The translations under genes and the position numbers were made by a program. The notes under the pieces were generated by a model. It had not been told where the DNA came from. It made no database searches and saw only the letters and a program-made list of their open reading frames with translations. Below, piece by piece: positions 26,171 through 35,361 of a stretch of 64,000 nt of DNA. How positions within the stretch are numbered: the stretch's first letter is position 1; the number at the start of each line of letters is the position of its first letter. The stretch spans positions 32,001 to 96,000 of the IMG/VR virus record IMGVR_UViG_3300034103_001442. One strand, 5' to 3'. Source of the DNA: a virus.

Positions 26171-26585
26171 CTTCGATTAACCTCGGGAATGCTAGATTTA
26201 CTACTTTTTTGGTGATGCCCTTTGGGAGTTTTTTATCCTTCGCGGCAATGATGAGTTCTGCATCTTTTGGATTCAGCGACTCAAGCATATTAATGAAGAG
26301 CATTTCGCGTCTGAACTTCGTCAAACCGTCATTGCCCCCCTCTACAAACAAATAAAGACGTCTTGCTTCTGAATAAAGCATACCCTCAATATCAAGAGCC
26401 TCACAAGGCTTGTAAGGAGGTGCACCCTCAGGCAATGCCCACTTGATCGTTGAATCGAGGGCGAACTTTAAAACAGTTTGAAGCGCAGTGCTATCATGTT
26501 GTTGTAAATAGGCAGCACGCTCTTCAATCTTTTTCAAATTGGCTGCGTTTTCGATAATAGTCGATATTGGTAATTTTCTTGCCAT
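26163..26585 (-). CDS. Conserved T4-like hypothetical protein (downstream of rnh)
   Basis: W.LPEG.PPY, L..E.RRLY.F..GG, RE.LFI.MLE.L...DA. Confidence 0.8.
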   Translation of the reverse strand: MARKLPISTIIENAANLKKIEERAAYLQQHDSTALQTVLKFALDSTIKWALPEGAPPYKPCEALDIEGMLYSEARRLYLFVEGGNDGLTKFRREMLFINMLESLNPKDAELIIAAKDKKLPKGITKKVVNLAFPRLIEDE

Positions 26586-26586
26586 G

Positions 26587-27438
26587 TTAAAACTCATTAA
26601 TGTTTTCCAATAGATGTTTCAGTTTTTTCTCAACAAAATAGTTGAACAAATGTTGACGGTTCTTATTTGACTGACTATCATATTGTTCAATCACCCTGCT
26701 CTTAACTTCAGGGGGAGTAAAATTCAAGTCAATCAATTGTTGATTACGGTTGTAGTTGCGGAGCATACCTTCATCACAAAACTCTTCTGGCTTTTGGTTA
26801 ACCCAAAGGTCTAGTTTCTTTTGGCTCAGTGGCTTTTGACGACCGCCAACTACAAAGCAGTTGTCAGCACTGAGGAAGTTTGGGACACCGTCACCTGCAT
26901 CGCCTCGCATAATTTGTTCCTTCACAAAACGTGATGGGTCATTATGCTCAACAAACTTTTTACGAACTGGGTCATATTGCTTGACGTTCATGTAAGTCTG
27001 TAGTTGAACGAAATCTTTGTCGCCAGATAGGATCAAGATTTTTTCGTGAGTGTTACCAAACTTTTCTACAAGTGTGCCGATTACATCATCTGCTTCCGCG
27101 CCATCGGCTTGAATAACACGATACGGGAAGTAGAGTTTCAACTCTTCACGTATCTTATTTAGACTTTCAAAAACCACATTCCAATCAATTTCAGAAGCCT
27201 CTCGGGACTTTCTGCGATTCGCCTTGTAGTAAGGGTAGACCTCACGACGCCAGTAGTGGCGATCATCACAGGCAATGACAACCTCACCATATTCATTTTT
27301 GAACTTCTTAATGTATGAACGGATACAGTTGAGAATCATATGCCGTAGCAAATCCTCTTCAACCTTTACGTTGGTGTGATTACCAATTTGCGACATAAAA
27401 GTCGAAATCATAACCTGATTCAAGTCAATGATCATCAT
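26587..27438 (-). CDS. rnh: T4-type RNase H (5'-3' exonuclease)
   Basis: ID.NQ, RHMILN, YWRR..YP.YKANR, EADD.IG, ILS.DKDF.QLQ, GD.GDGVPN.LS, RN..LIDL. Confidence 0.95.
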   Translation of the reverse strand: MMIIDLNQVMISTFMSQIGNHTNVKVEEDLLRHMILNCIRSYIKKFKNEYGEVVIACDDRHYWRREVYPYYKANRRKSREASEIDWNVVFESLNKIREELKLYFPYRVIQADGAEADDVIGTLVEKFGNTHEKILILSGDKDFVQLQTYMNVKQYDPVRKKFVEHNDPSRFVKEQIMRGDAGDGVPNFLSADNCFVVGGRQKPLSQKKLDLWVNQKPEEFCDEGMLRNYNRNQQLIDLNFTPPEVKSRVIEQYDSQSNKNRQHLFNYFVEKKLKHLLENINEF

Positions 27439-27448
27439 AAAATTAAAA

Positions 27449-27826
27449 TCACTCCTGCTCTTCGTTCTCTTCCAACTCAGTAAACATTTCTGGAGAGAAA
27501 CTATAGGTCACACCAGTATCATCTTCATTATATATGAAAAACTGTTCAGCAATATCATGAAATGGATGATGTATTTTCATCATTTTGTGCATATGAGCGC
27601 GTATACATTCAATGAACATTGCATTTAACGTTTGTTGATCTGGGTGTGTTATATCAACGCCAACAGTGGACAAAATGTTAAGCATTTGAGGGGCAATTTC
27701 TTGAATTGTATTTTCAGCATGCTCAAGTCTAATCTTTTCAATTTTGTCTACAATTTCGTCTAACGTTTGTGGTGGGGCGTCTTCTTTCTTGCCCTTTGGA
27801 AACATTATGACATTATTTTTATTCAT
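27449..27826 (-). CDS. Hypothetical protein
   Basis: NNVI.FP start; 125 aa. Confidence 0.7.
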   Translation of the reverse strand: MNKNNVIMFPKGKKEDAPPQTLDEIVDKIEKIRLEHAENTIQEIAPQMLNILSTVGVDITHPDQQTLNAMFIECIRAHMHKMMKIHHPFHDIAEQFFIYNEDDTGVTYSFSPEMFTELEENEEQE

Positions 27827-28890
27827 TTGTTAACCTTTAACAAAATCGTTTGGTCGTTGATTCTGCCATTGGGTTTTATCGACTTTGTTGATAGGTTTGA
27901 TAACAATTTTCTTTGTACAATTTTACCACCAGCAAGCAGAGCCTTAATTGTTTCCTCTGGCTTTCTGAGAGTTTTTGTTTCTGAAGTCTCAACATCAAAC
28001 CCAACAAGTGTCGTTCCCTTGACAGAAAGTCCACTGCGACCGCTGCTGTAATATACAGTCAACTGTTTGTATTTAGTGTTGTAGACCCATAGGGATTCAG
28101 AACCGACAATATCAACTGGGTTGACACTGACCAACTTCAACTCTGTAAAGTTTTTCTGATACTTTAAATTCTTAACAAGATCAGTTGCGAGTTTTTCCTT
28201 CTTGGCTCTCGGTTTTCTGACCTTCGACCCACGCTTGTTTCCAATGTAACGATCACAATCATACACCAACTGGGTATAAAAGTCAAGCCACATTTTCAGT
28301 TTCTTACCGTAAGCCTCGGCAATTTGCGGGTCATCACCCTTCAAAAAGTTCAAGTGCTTTTCAAAATGCGCCTTGATCATATTGGCGACTTGAGGCGAAA
28401 TTTGGTTTTTGGTCAGGTAGTTGTAGGTGTCGAATGACCCACCCTTCATGACCACGTCAATCTCACTATCAATTTCACCAATGCGTTTGTCAGCGTTTTC
28501 TTTCACGCGCACCTGAATATCAACAACCTTTTTCTCTGCCTTAACCACTGATGGCTTTGCGGCAGCAGCGTTGTCATTAATCTTTCGGTGAAAATACTCC
28601 ATCAATTGGTCGCCAAACCTTGTGCCATTGAGCATCATTTTCGCCATCCAACAAATGGTTGTTGGCGTGCGCCAGTTTGGGGCTGTTCTAATAGACTCAG
28701 CAATTCCCGTTGGGTAGTGTTTCTTTAAATACTGGAGTAGCCATGGTTTACCCTTGTCAATGGTATACATGTAGTTGTACCAATTGAGGGCATGAATCAA
28801 CCTGCTATCTGTAGAGTCAGTGATTGTGTCAAGTATAATCGGTTCATCGCCGAGGCACTGCTGTTCGATCGACTTTGTATTTTTCATCAT
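27823..28890 (-). CDS. Conserved T4-like hypothetical protein
   Basis: LNWYNY, S.NP..I.G...LWVYNTK, V.GTT..GFD, KTLRKPEE, NGRIN...ILL; start at 28890 or 28887. Confidence 0.8.
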   Translation of the reverse strand: MMKNTKSIEQQCLGDEPIILDTITDSTDSRLIHALNWYNYMYTIDKGKPWLLQYLKKHYPTGIAESIRTAPNWRTPTTICWMAKMMLNGTRFGDQLMEYFHRKINDNAAAAKPSVVKAEKKVVDIQVRVKENADKRIGEIDSEIDVVMKGGSFDTYNYLTKNQISPQVANMIKAHFEKHLNFLKGDDPQIAEAYGKKLKMWLDFYTQLVYDCDRYIGNKRGSKVRKPRAKKEKLATDLVKNLKYQKNFTELKLVSVNPVDIVGSESLWVYNTKYKQLTVYYSSGRSGLSVKGTTLVGFDVETSETKTLRKPEETIKALLAGGKIVQRKLLSNLSTKSIKPNGRINDQTILLKVNK

Positions 28891-28897
28891 ATTTCTT

Positions 28898-28926
28898 ATT
28901 CTATTTCTTTTTAGAAATAAAGTCAA
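28898..28926 (-). promoter_or_regulatory. Early promoter, leaderless
   Basis: TTGACT-17 nt-TAGAAT, then 7 nt to ATG at 28890. Confidence 0.7.
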
Positions 28927-29495
28927 GCCCAGAGTTTCGCCCTGACATACTTGGCAATCATATGCATGACTGCTTGATGAACATCTTCAGTCGCTTCATA
29001 TTCTTGAATGTCGACGTGGACTACAAAATCAGCAGACTCCCAACATCTGCCCCCGACAAAGCCAGTGAGCGCCACAGTCAACATTCCTCGATTACGTGCA
29101 GCCTCAATTGCTTTGACCACGTTTGGCGAGTTACCACTGCTGCTGATAACAATTAACAGATCACCAACTTCACCTGCTCGCTCAATTTGATATGAGTAAA
29201 CATCATCATATGATATGTCATTTGCAATTGCAGTCATCAATGGGATGTTTGCTGACAATGAGTAAACCTGCGGAGCCAAACTTCCCTTTGAACAACCCTT
29301 GAAGTAATCACAAGCCCAGTGTTGAGCGATTGAGGCTGATGCACCATTGCCACAGGTGAAAATACGTTTGCGACCTTTGATTGCGTCGACAATAACATCA
29401 GCAGCCCTCTGAAACTCGCCAAGGTTGATTGAGTCCAGTCCATGTTCAATTAACTTTTTGTGATTGTCTAAAATCTCATTAATCTTCATATACAA
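28923..29495 (-). CDS. gmhA: Phosphoheptose isomerase (SIS domain)
   Basis: CGNG.SAS.A.H, TAIAND, ISSSGNSPNV..A, LTGF.GG, EDVH. Confidence 0.9.
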   Translation of the reverse strand: MYMKINEILDNHKKLIEHGLDSINLGEFQRAADVIVDAIKGRKRIFTCGNGASASIAQHWACDYFKGCSKGSLAPQVYSLSANIPLMTAIANDISYDDVYSYQIERAGEVGDLLIVISSSGNSPNVVKAIEAARNRGMLTVALTGFVGGRCWESADFVVHVDIQEYEATEDVHQAVMHMIAKYVRAKLWA

Positions 29496-30414
29496 CCTTT
29501 GCTCCCTCTTCGGCGATGTTTATTTTCATCGCTCCTGTTTGTCTAAAGTGTTTTCTGGCTGCAGGGTGATCGGCGACTACCATTAGATAACCGCCTCCTC
29601 CTGCGCCGAGGAGTTTGCCGCCGATCGCACCCCTTTCCAGCGCATCGGCATATAGTTTGTCGATCTTATCATTAGAAACACCGCCATCAAGCATTTTCTT
29701 GATTTCCCAGCATTTTTTCAACTCAGAACCTAGTTGCTTGGGTGTTAAAAACTTATCTTTATTTCTCTTGGCGTATTCAGCCAACTCGCATATCAGGGCT
29801 GTTTTTTCATCAAAATTGATGGAGTTCAAGACCTTTGTCGAGTGCCTTTCAATTTTCGTTGGGACAAGGTACAGCGAGTCCAACTCACACAATTTCTGAA
29901 CCTTGGTTACGCTCGCAACACCCAAGTCTTTATACTCAATGTAGTTGAACCCACCAAACGCTGATGCATACTGGTCTTGATAACCGATTCGCCAGCCGCA
30001 CATGTTAATTTCAATATGACATGCGATTTGTGCAATTTTGTAGGCATCAACATCATACTCAAGGTAGCGACTGAGTGCGGCGACGAGGGCGCAAGTGAAT
30101 GCTGATGAACCGCCAAGCCCACTACCAATAGTAGGGATGTCGGCAAATGATGTAATTTCTATGTTTGACTTTATTCCGAAATAATTTAGAGCATTTCGGA
30201 CAATTTCATTTTGAATGTCATCAACTGAAGTGACAACCTCAAGTTTTGAATAAGTCAGTTTGATATGTGGCTGTGGTGTCCCAATAACCGATACGTAAAC
30301 GTATTTGTCAATGGCGGTTGATAGTGTGGCACCACCGTGTTTTAAAAAGTGGGCGGGGATATCGCTACCCCCACCAAAGAAACTAACCCTGAGTGGCGCC
30401 TTTGATAAGATCAC
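29479..30414 (-). CDS. hddA: GHMP kinase, heptose-7-phosphate kinase type
   Basis: KAPLRVSF.GGGSD, IDKYVYV, DIP..GSGLG.SS, G.QDQYA.AFGG.N, GGKLLGAGGGG. Confidence 0.88.
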   Translation of the reverse strand: MILSKAPLRVSFFGGGSDIPAHFLKHGGATLSTAIDKYVYVSVIGTPQPHIKLTYSKLEVVTSVDDIQNEIVRNALNYFGIKSNIEITSFADIPTIGSGLGGSSAFTCALVAALSRYLEYDVDAYKIAQIACHIEINMCGWRIGYQDQYASAFGGFNYIEYKDLGVASVTKVQKLCELDSLYLVPTKIERHSTKVLNSINFDEKTALICELAEYAKRNKDKFLTPKQLGSELKKCWEIKKMLDGGVSNDKIDKLYADALERGAIGGKLLGAGGGGYLMVVADHPAARKHFRQTGAMKINIAEEGAKVVYED

Positions 30415-31372
30415 GATGCTCTGCCTTTAGTGCTGCAATCATTGATTTCCATTTGTGAATTACTGTCGTCCATGAAAATCTTGCATCAGCGTATGATTTC
30501 ACAAATGATAACCAGTTTGTCAAATCGTTATTTTGTACATTATCAATCGCATACATCAACGTGTGCGCAAACATATTAGCATGGGCGTTGATATCACTAT
30601 GATCACCGTCATATTGAACAGTCAACCCACCTGATGTATCAGTCAATGCTGAGAAGTTTGGATGTACAGATAAACAACCTGCTGACATCGCCTCAATAAG
30701 ACTACGGCAAGATGTTTCTGGCCAAATACATGGATAGGCGAAAATATGAGCACGCTGATATGCCTCACGGACTACATCATTAGATGCCCAACCGTGATAG
30801 TTGATTTGTGGGTGAGCCCTACAACGCTCGAACAATTCTTCAAATGGTTTGTTTCTTTGTTCCCATTCGCTACCATAAATTCCAAATGAGGAAAATACAT
30901 CCAACTCGATGTTTGGATATTTTTTAGCCAGAACTTCAAATACAGGAACAAGAATTTCAAGACCACGGTGGGGTGTTGAAGTGTAAATGAGTCTGATTTT
31001 GTCTTTTGGTTTGTTTGTAAATGAAATTGGCTCAACGCCAGTTTCGATCACGGTGCTTTGATGACTGTATGGAACGCCCAAGTAGTCACGGTACTGTTGA
31101 TACTGCCAGTTGGAAGAAAATACAAGTTTGTGAAAACGTTTGCGGCTTTCCTCTTCCTTCAAGTGGGCTGCTTCTGGATCAAGCGCCAAATCATGAAGGT
31201 GGTAAATTCGAATTTTATCCTGCTTCAGTTCGCGGACGCGAGCAGTAATAATTTGAACATTTTCGAGTTCTTCACGGTCTAAACGATCAAACAGATTTTT
31301 CGTTGTAAGTTCAGTGCCGCCCTGTGACTCTTTATTCAGTTCGTTCAATTCTATTAAGTCTTGATTTTTCAT
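30383..31372 (-). CDS. Glycosyltransferase (GT-B, GT4-like)
   Basis: GGTE, LHDL, YTSTP.RGL, FAYP....ETSC..L.EAM.AG. Confidence 0.88.
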   Translation of the reverse strand: MKNQDLIELNELNKESQGGTELTTKNLFDRLDREELENVQIITARVRELKQDKIRIYHLHDLALDPEAAHLKEEESRKRFHKLVFSSNWQYQQYRDYLGVPYSHQSTVIETGVEPISFTNKPKDKIRLIYTSTPHRGLEILVPVFEVLAKKYPNIELDVFSSFGIYGSEWEQRNKPFEELFERCRAHPQINYHGWASNDVVREAYQRAHIFAYPCIWPETSCRSLIEAMSAGCLSVHPNFSALTDTSGGLTVQYDGDHSDINAHANMFAHTLMYAIDNVQNNDLTNWLSFVKSYADARFSWTTVIHKWKSMIAALKAEHRDLIKGATQG

Positions 31373-31673
31373 CAAAAAATTCCTTATCACTAAATGCCTT
31401 ATCATCTACCCAAACATCATAACTTGGTTTACCCATGCGGAGTTCATGATACAAAACTCCCCACTTGTCAAGTTGATTTCTTGTAATTCGGTATTGGTTT
31501 ATACCACTACCAGAACCTCGGGCAGTCCAGTAAATAATCGTATGACCATCGTGGTATAATGTATTTATGACCGCAATTCTTTCTTGAATCGGTTTTGATA
31601 ATTCATACGCTTGACGACCATCAACAGTTGGTGTATGACAAATTGTTTGGTCGATGTCAACTATGTAAATCAT
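31332..31673 (-). CDS. Small HAD phosphatase
   Basis: VDIDQTIC, YWTARG, L..WGV.YH.L.MGKP..D..VDDK. Confidence 0.85.
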   Translation of the reverse strand: MIYIVDIDQTICHTPTVDGRQAYELSKPIQERIAVINTLYHDGHTIIYWTARGSGSGINQYRITRNQLDKWGVLYHELRMGKPSYDVWVDDKAFSDKEFFDEKSRLNRIERTE

Positions 31674-31987
31674 GCGACAATATCCTCAACGGTGGGGTCA
31701 TGGTCAACAGTGACTGATGTGACGCTGTCAAGTCTGAATGCTCTCCAGTCGTTCTTATCCACATCCCAAACTGATAACACACTCTCATTTACCTTTCTTG
31801 GCTTTGCGTTTTCTTTCACCTCAACCTTTGGTAAAATATCCTCACGCAAAGTGCAGCGCATTTTTCTAAACTCGCCATTGATTTTGGTAAAAGAAACAAC
31901 GCAGATATGCTCTTGCAAATTTTCAAGCAATGATTTCATTAGTGACTCGCTGATTAAGTTTTGTCTTTGATATTCCAGTAGTTCCAT
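31670..31987 (-). CDS. SH3/WYL-like beta-barrel protein
   Basis: V.FTK.NGE.R.M.CTL, VWDV....WR.FR.D.V. Confidence 0.8.
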   Translation of the reverse strand: MELLEYQRQNLISESLMKSLLENLQEHICVVSFTKINGEFRKMRCTLREDILPKVEVKENAKPRKVNESVLSVWDVDKNDWRAFRLDSVTSVTVDHDPTVEDIVA

Positions 31988-32148
31988 TGCATTTGCACAG
32001 CTGTTTTAACAATTGTACGCTCGCTGGAACCGAACTCACGCTCATATACAGTTTGACCTTTGTCTGGGCTCTCGTAGATTTTTGGCTTACGCTCTGCTAC
32101 GTGATGAGCACCATCCAAGTCAGAAAACTTCAATTTTTCTTCACTCAC
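31954..32148 (-). CDS. Hypothetical protein
   Basis: IYESPDKG.TVY.RE.G..ER. Confidence 0.65.
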   Translation of the reverse strand: MSEEKLKFSDLDGAHHVAERKPKIYESPDKGQTVYEREFGSSERTIVKTAVQMQWNYWNIKDKT

Positions 32149-32366
32149 TTTAACGACTCCTCTAGTTGCGTATAGCCTCCAACCAGCGCATCATCCTTGG
32201 TGATGATTGGGACACTACGCATTGATGGAAAATTCTCCATAACAAACTCTCTAGTTACATCCGTGCCAATTTTTACCTCTGTAAACTCCAACCCCTTCAT
32301 TTTCAGGAGGGACTTGGCTTTTACGCAGTAGGGACAATCTGGCTTTGTGTAGACTTTATACATCAT
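32145..32366 (-). CDS. Glutaredoxin
   Basis: CPYC, SVP.I, VGGY; near nrdAB. Confidence 0.92.
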   Translation of the reverse strand: MMYKVYTKPDCPYCVKAKSLLKMKGLEFTEVKIGTDVTREFVMENFPSMRSVPIITKDDALVGGYTQLEESLK

Positions 32367-32386
32367 AATTCACCTCAGTAAGTAAG

Positions 32387-32791
32387 TCAAGTCTTTTTTA
32401 TAACACTCGACTTTCCGATTTTACAACTAATCCATTCATTATAATAATCATCGCGTTCCAACGCTTCTCTTTCGAACAGGTATTTAGCCTCGGTATAGTT
32501 TGTATCACCGCGAGTTTTGCATAATTTTAAAATTGTTCTTTTGAAATTTTGCTCGCCCAACAACTCAATATCTTTTTTCAGGGACGGTGACGAACCGTAG
32601 TAGTTTTCCCAGTCGGAAACCTTACGTGTCTTTTTCTTTTTCCCTTTGACTTGTTTGTACGCAGCGCGTGTGAAATACTTTCGCCCAATGTATCTTTTGG
32701 AATTCACCAGGCATTCAATTTCGTAAACAAACCCATAATAACCAGAGGCATCTTCAATTGTAAATTCTTTGCCTTCAAACAACCACATCAA
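32387..32791 (-). CDS. GIY-YIG nuclease (endonuclease II/DenA-like)
   Basis: GFVY.I.......YIGRK.F, SDW..YYGSS, F.R.IL..C, E...F......YYN. Confidence 0.75.
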   Translation of the reverse strand: MMWLFEGKEFTIEDASGYYGFVYEIECLVNSKRYIGRKYFTRAAYKQVKGKKKKTRKVSDWENYYGSSPSLKKDIELLGEQNFKRTILKLCKTRGDTNYTEAKYLFEREALERDDYYNEWISCKIGKSSVIKKT

Positions 32792-32970
32792 TATTCATCA
32801 TCAAACGGCTCGACCTCTTCAGTCCACTTTTCCTCTTCCTCTTCAGGATCTTCTCTTTCTAGGTCGGTCGCGCCGCAAAATGGGCAAAACAAAATCTCAT
32901 CGTCGTCATCTACTGACTCTGACTTGATCTTAAAATCTTTCTCGCATGACAAACACTCATGCCATTGCAT
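32788..32970 (-). CDS. Small zinc-ribbon protein
   Basis: CLSC and CPFCG, acidic tail; ATG at 32970. Confidence 0.7.
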   Translation of the reverse strand: MQWHECLSCEKDFKIKSESVDDDDEILFCPFCGATDLEREDPEEEEEKWTEEVEPFDDEY

Positions 32971-32980
32971 ATGTTTCTCC

Positions 32981-34042
32981 TTACAAACTAAATCCCTTGA
33001 ATGTGTTTTGGTCCACATCTTTTTTAACACCGCCAACAATGTAACTTGTTATTTCAGTTTCTTGTGGCGCCACTTGAACCTCTCCACCACTGATCCACTT
33101 TTGTGTCCATGGAAGTGGGTTGGTTCCCGTTTTGTATATATTATCGAGACCTATTGCATGTAGACGTTTGTTACCAACCCATTCAATATAGTCACAAAGT
33201 AGTTTTTCATTCAGCCCAATCATTGAGCCATCTTTGAACAAATATTTCGCCCATGCTTTTTCTTGTTCAACAACAGACTTGAACATATCCAAAACTTCAT
33301 CTTGTGTTTGGGCTTGAATTTTCTCAAATGCTGGGTCGTCTTTTGGTAAAATCTTTAACAAGTGTTGTGTTGATGCCAAGTGGACATTTTCATCGCGGGC
33401 AATGAACTTAATGATTTTGGCATTGCCTTCCATTTTCTTGAGTTCAGCAAATGCCCATGAGCAAGCAAATGAGACGTAAAAACGGATACCCTCAAGTGCA
33501 TTAACAGCATTCAAACAGAGCCAAAGATCCTTTTTAGCCTGTAACAAAGTCTTATCATTCTTAATTACATTGTCATAATACTTGCTGATGTCTTTAGCAC
33601 AATCCACAATTTCTTTTATGTCCAGCATTTCATCAAACACCTTTGATGGGTCTGAGTAAACGTTTCTAATGATATGTGTATAAGAGCGCGAGTGAATTGT
33701 TTCGAAAAATGACCAAGTGATAATCCAGTTTTCAAGTTCTGGTAGCGAGGTCAATGGCAAAAGCGCAGCAACTGGAGCACGCCCCTGAACCGAGTCAAGG
33801 AGGATTTGACGCTTCAAGTTGCTCGTGAAAATATGTTTTTCGTAGTCAGATAAGTTTTTGAAATCTTTTGCGTCGCGTAGGAGATCAACTTCCTCAGGTC
33901 GCCAAAAGAATCCAAGTTGTTTATCAGTCAGTTTTTCGAAAATTGAATACTTCTGTTTGTCATAGCGAGCAATAGAAACTGGTGTCCCGAAAAATGCGGG
34001 CTCTTGGGTTGTATCAATTTTCTTTTGGTGGAAAACACTCAT
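32981..34042 (-). CDS. nrdB: Ribonucleotide reductase class Ia beta subunit
   Basis: FFWRPEEVD, LLDSVQGR, ETIHSRSYTHI, LEGIRFYVSFAC, IARDENVH, VAPQETE. Confidence 0.97.
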   Translation of the reverse strand: MSVFHQKKIDTTQEPAFFGTPVSIARYDKQKYSIFEKLTDKQLGFFWRPEEVDLLRDAKDFKNLSDYEKHIFTSNLKRQILLDSVQGRAPVAALLPLTSLPELENWIITWSFFETIHSRSYTHIIRNVYSDPSKVFDEMLDIKEIVDCAKDISKYYDNVIKNDKTLLQAKKDLWLCLNAVNALEGIRFYVSFACSWAFAELKKMEGNAKIIKFIARDENVHLASTQHLLKILPKDDPAFEKIQAQTQDEVLDMFKSVVEQEKAWAKYLFKDGSMIGLNEKLLCDYIEWVGNKRLHAIGLDNIYKTGTNPLPWTQKWISGGEVQVAPQETEITSYIVGGVKKDVDQNTFKGFSL

Positions 34043-34689
34043 GATTTATTCTCTTCAATATTATATTCAAAACGATCATCATCAGACAAAACCCATTTGG
34101 ATGTGTTTTCAACTGACCACATATTTGTGCCTAGTTTACGTTCAATAACATTCTGACCAGGTTTAGTGACAAAGGACGGTTCAAAAGCACGGATACGATT
34201 ATTAGGCTGTATTGCGAAATTTCCATTGTCCAATTTGATAAAATGACCGCACTTATGCTGTCCAGGAACTTCACTAAACCCTGTGTCAAGAACATTACGA
34301 TCCTCCTGTGACCAATCAAGGGTGAACAAGTATGTACCCTCATTCCAATTTTTACTTCGGTCAATGTAGCGCATTCGTTTATTGATCAAAAAGTCGAACT
34401 GTGTAACGCCAATGTAAGAACTAAAACAGTCCCATAAAACTAGGTTATAGAGTTCTTCTTGTTGAGCACCCTCCTTATGACAAAAGGCATGGATCGGCAT
34501 GCGGAACCAAACCCCCTCATCTTCCATAATAAAATGAAATAGAGGTACACGGTGCGGCACCGACGCCACACCGAAAATAAGAACTGGAAGGTAGAAGTCT
34601 TTTGACTCATCCCACTCAACCCTATTTTGTAAAAAGTTAGATCTAACAAAACACTCTATGGGAGGTATGTTAGCATTTAAATATGCCAT
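34039..34689 (-). CDS. Conserved phage hypothetical protein
   Basis: MAYLNANIPP, LWDCFS, G.Y.FT.DW, HKC.H...LDNG.FA.QPNNR. Confidence 0.8.
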   Translation of the reverse strand: MAYLNANIPPIECFVRSNFLQNRVEWDESKDFYLPVLIFGVASVPHRVPLFHFIMEDEGVWFRMPIHAFCHKEGAQQEELYNLVLWDCFSSYIGVTQFDFLINKRMRYIDRSKNWNEGTYLFTLDWSQEDRNVLDTGFSEVPGQHKCGHFIKLDNGNFAIQPNNRIRAFEPSFVTKPGQNVIERKLGTNMWSVENTSKWVLSDDDRFEYNIEENKS

Positions 34690-34695
34690 AATGTA

Positions 34696-35163
34696 TTATT
34701 TCTTATTTCGCTCAGCAAGTTTTGCTGCATAGGCTGCTTGCCTTTCTGCTTCTTTTGCTGCTCTTTCAGCATCACGAGCAGCTTCTTTTTCAGCCTGTGC
34801 TTTTGCAAAATCAGCATTCTTTTTAGCAATGGCTTCTTCTCTCCTCATAGCAACTACAAGTTTTCTTTCTTCAAGATAAGTGTGTCTGCTAGGATCTTGA
34901 CTTCCTGGTGCTTCATTTTTAACCATCGCAACAAATGCTTCAAGGTTGGTTTCCTTCATAATTCTACGATCTTCCAACCACTTGGCTGTGAGTTCTCTTG
35001 CTTGTCGAGCACACTCAGCAGCCTTTTCTGGATTGTTTATACGCCAGTCTAGAATTTCTGTTACTTTTTCCGTTGCCCATTGCTCGGCAATTCGCGCTTC
35101 CTTTCCTTCTGGCGTCAAAGCAGCGAAAGCCTCTGCTGACATATTTTTAATATTTACTGACAT
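34696..35163 (-). CDS. Hypothetical helical protein
   Basis: 155 aa, Ala/Glu/Lys-rich C-terminus. Confidence 0.65.
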   Translation of the reverse strand: MSVNIKNMSAEAFAALTPEGKEARIAEQWATEKVTEILDWRINNPEKAAECARQARELTAKWLEDRRIMKETNLEAFVAMVKNEAPGSQDPSRHTYLEERKLVVAMRREEAIAKKNADFAKAQAEKEAARDAERAAKEAERQAAYAAKLAERNKK

Positions 35164-35166
35164 ATC

Positions 35167-35361
35167 TTAATCCTCCGATTCCAACCAATCTATATTTTGG
35201 TATGCTACTCTAACACTTTTTAGGATATTATTTTCCTGAACTTCAATTTGAACGTCTTTTTCAGAATGGACGCCATATCTAGTATACCAAAGTATTTCAT
35301 ATACTGTGTCTGAATTTAATTCAGGACAATTATATATCCTTGCTTTCATTTGACACCTCAA
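35167..35361 (-). CDS. Hypothetical protein
   Basis: 64-aa ORF filling the gap after nrdA. Confidence 0.5.
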   Translation of the reverse strand: MRCQMKARIYNCPELNSDTVYEILWYTRYGVHSEKDVQIEVQENNILKSVRVAYQNIDWLESED

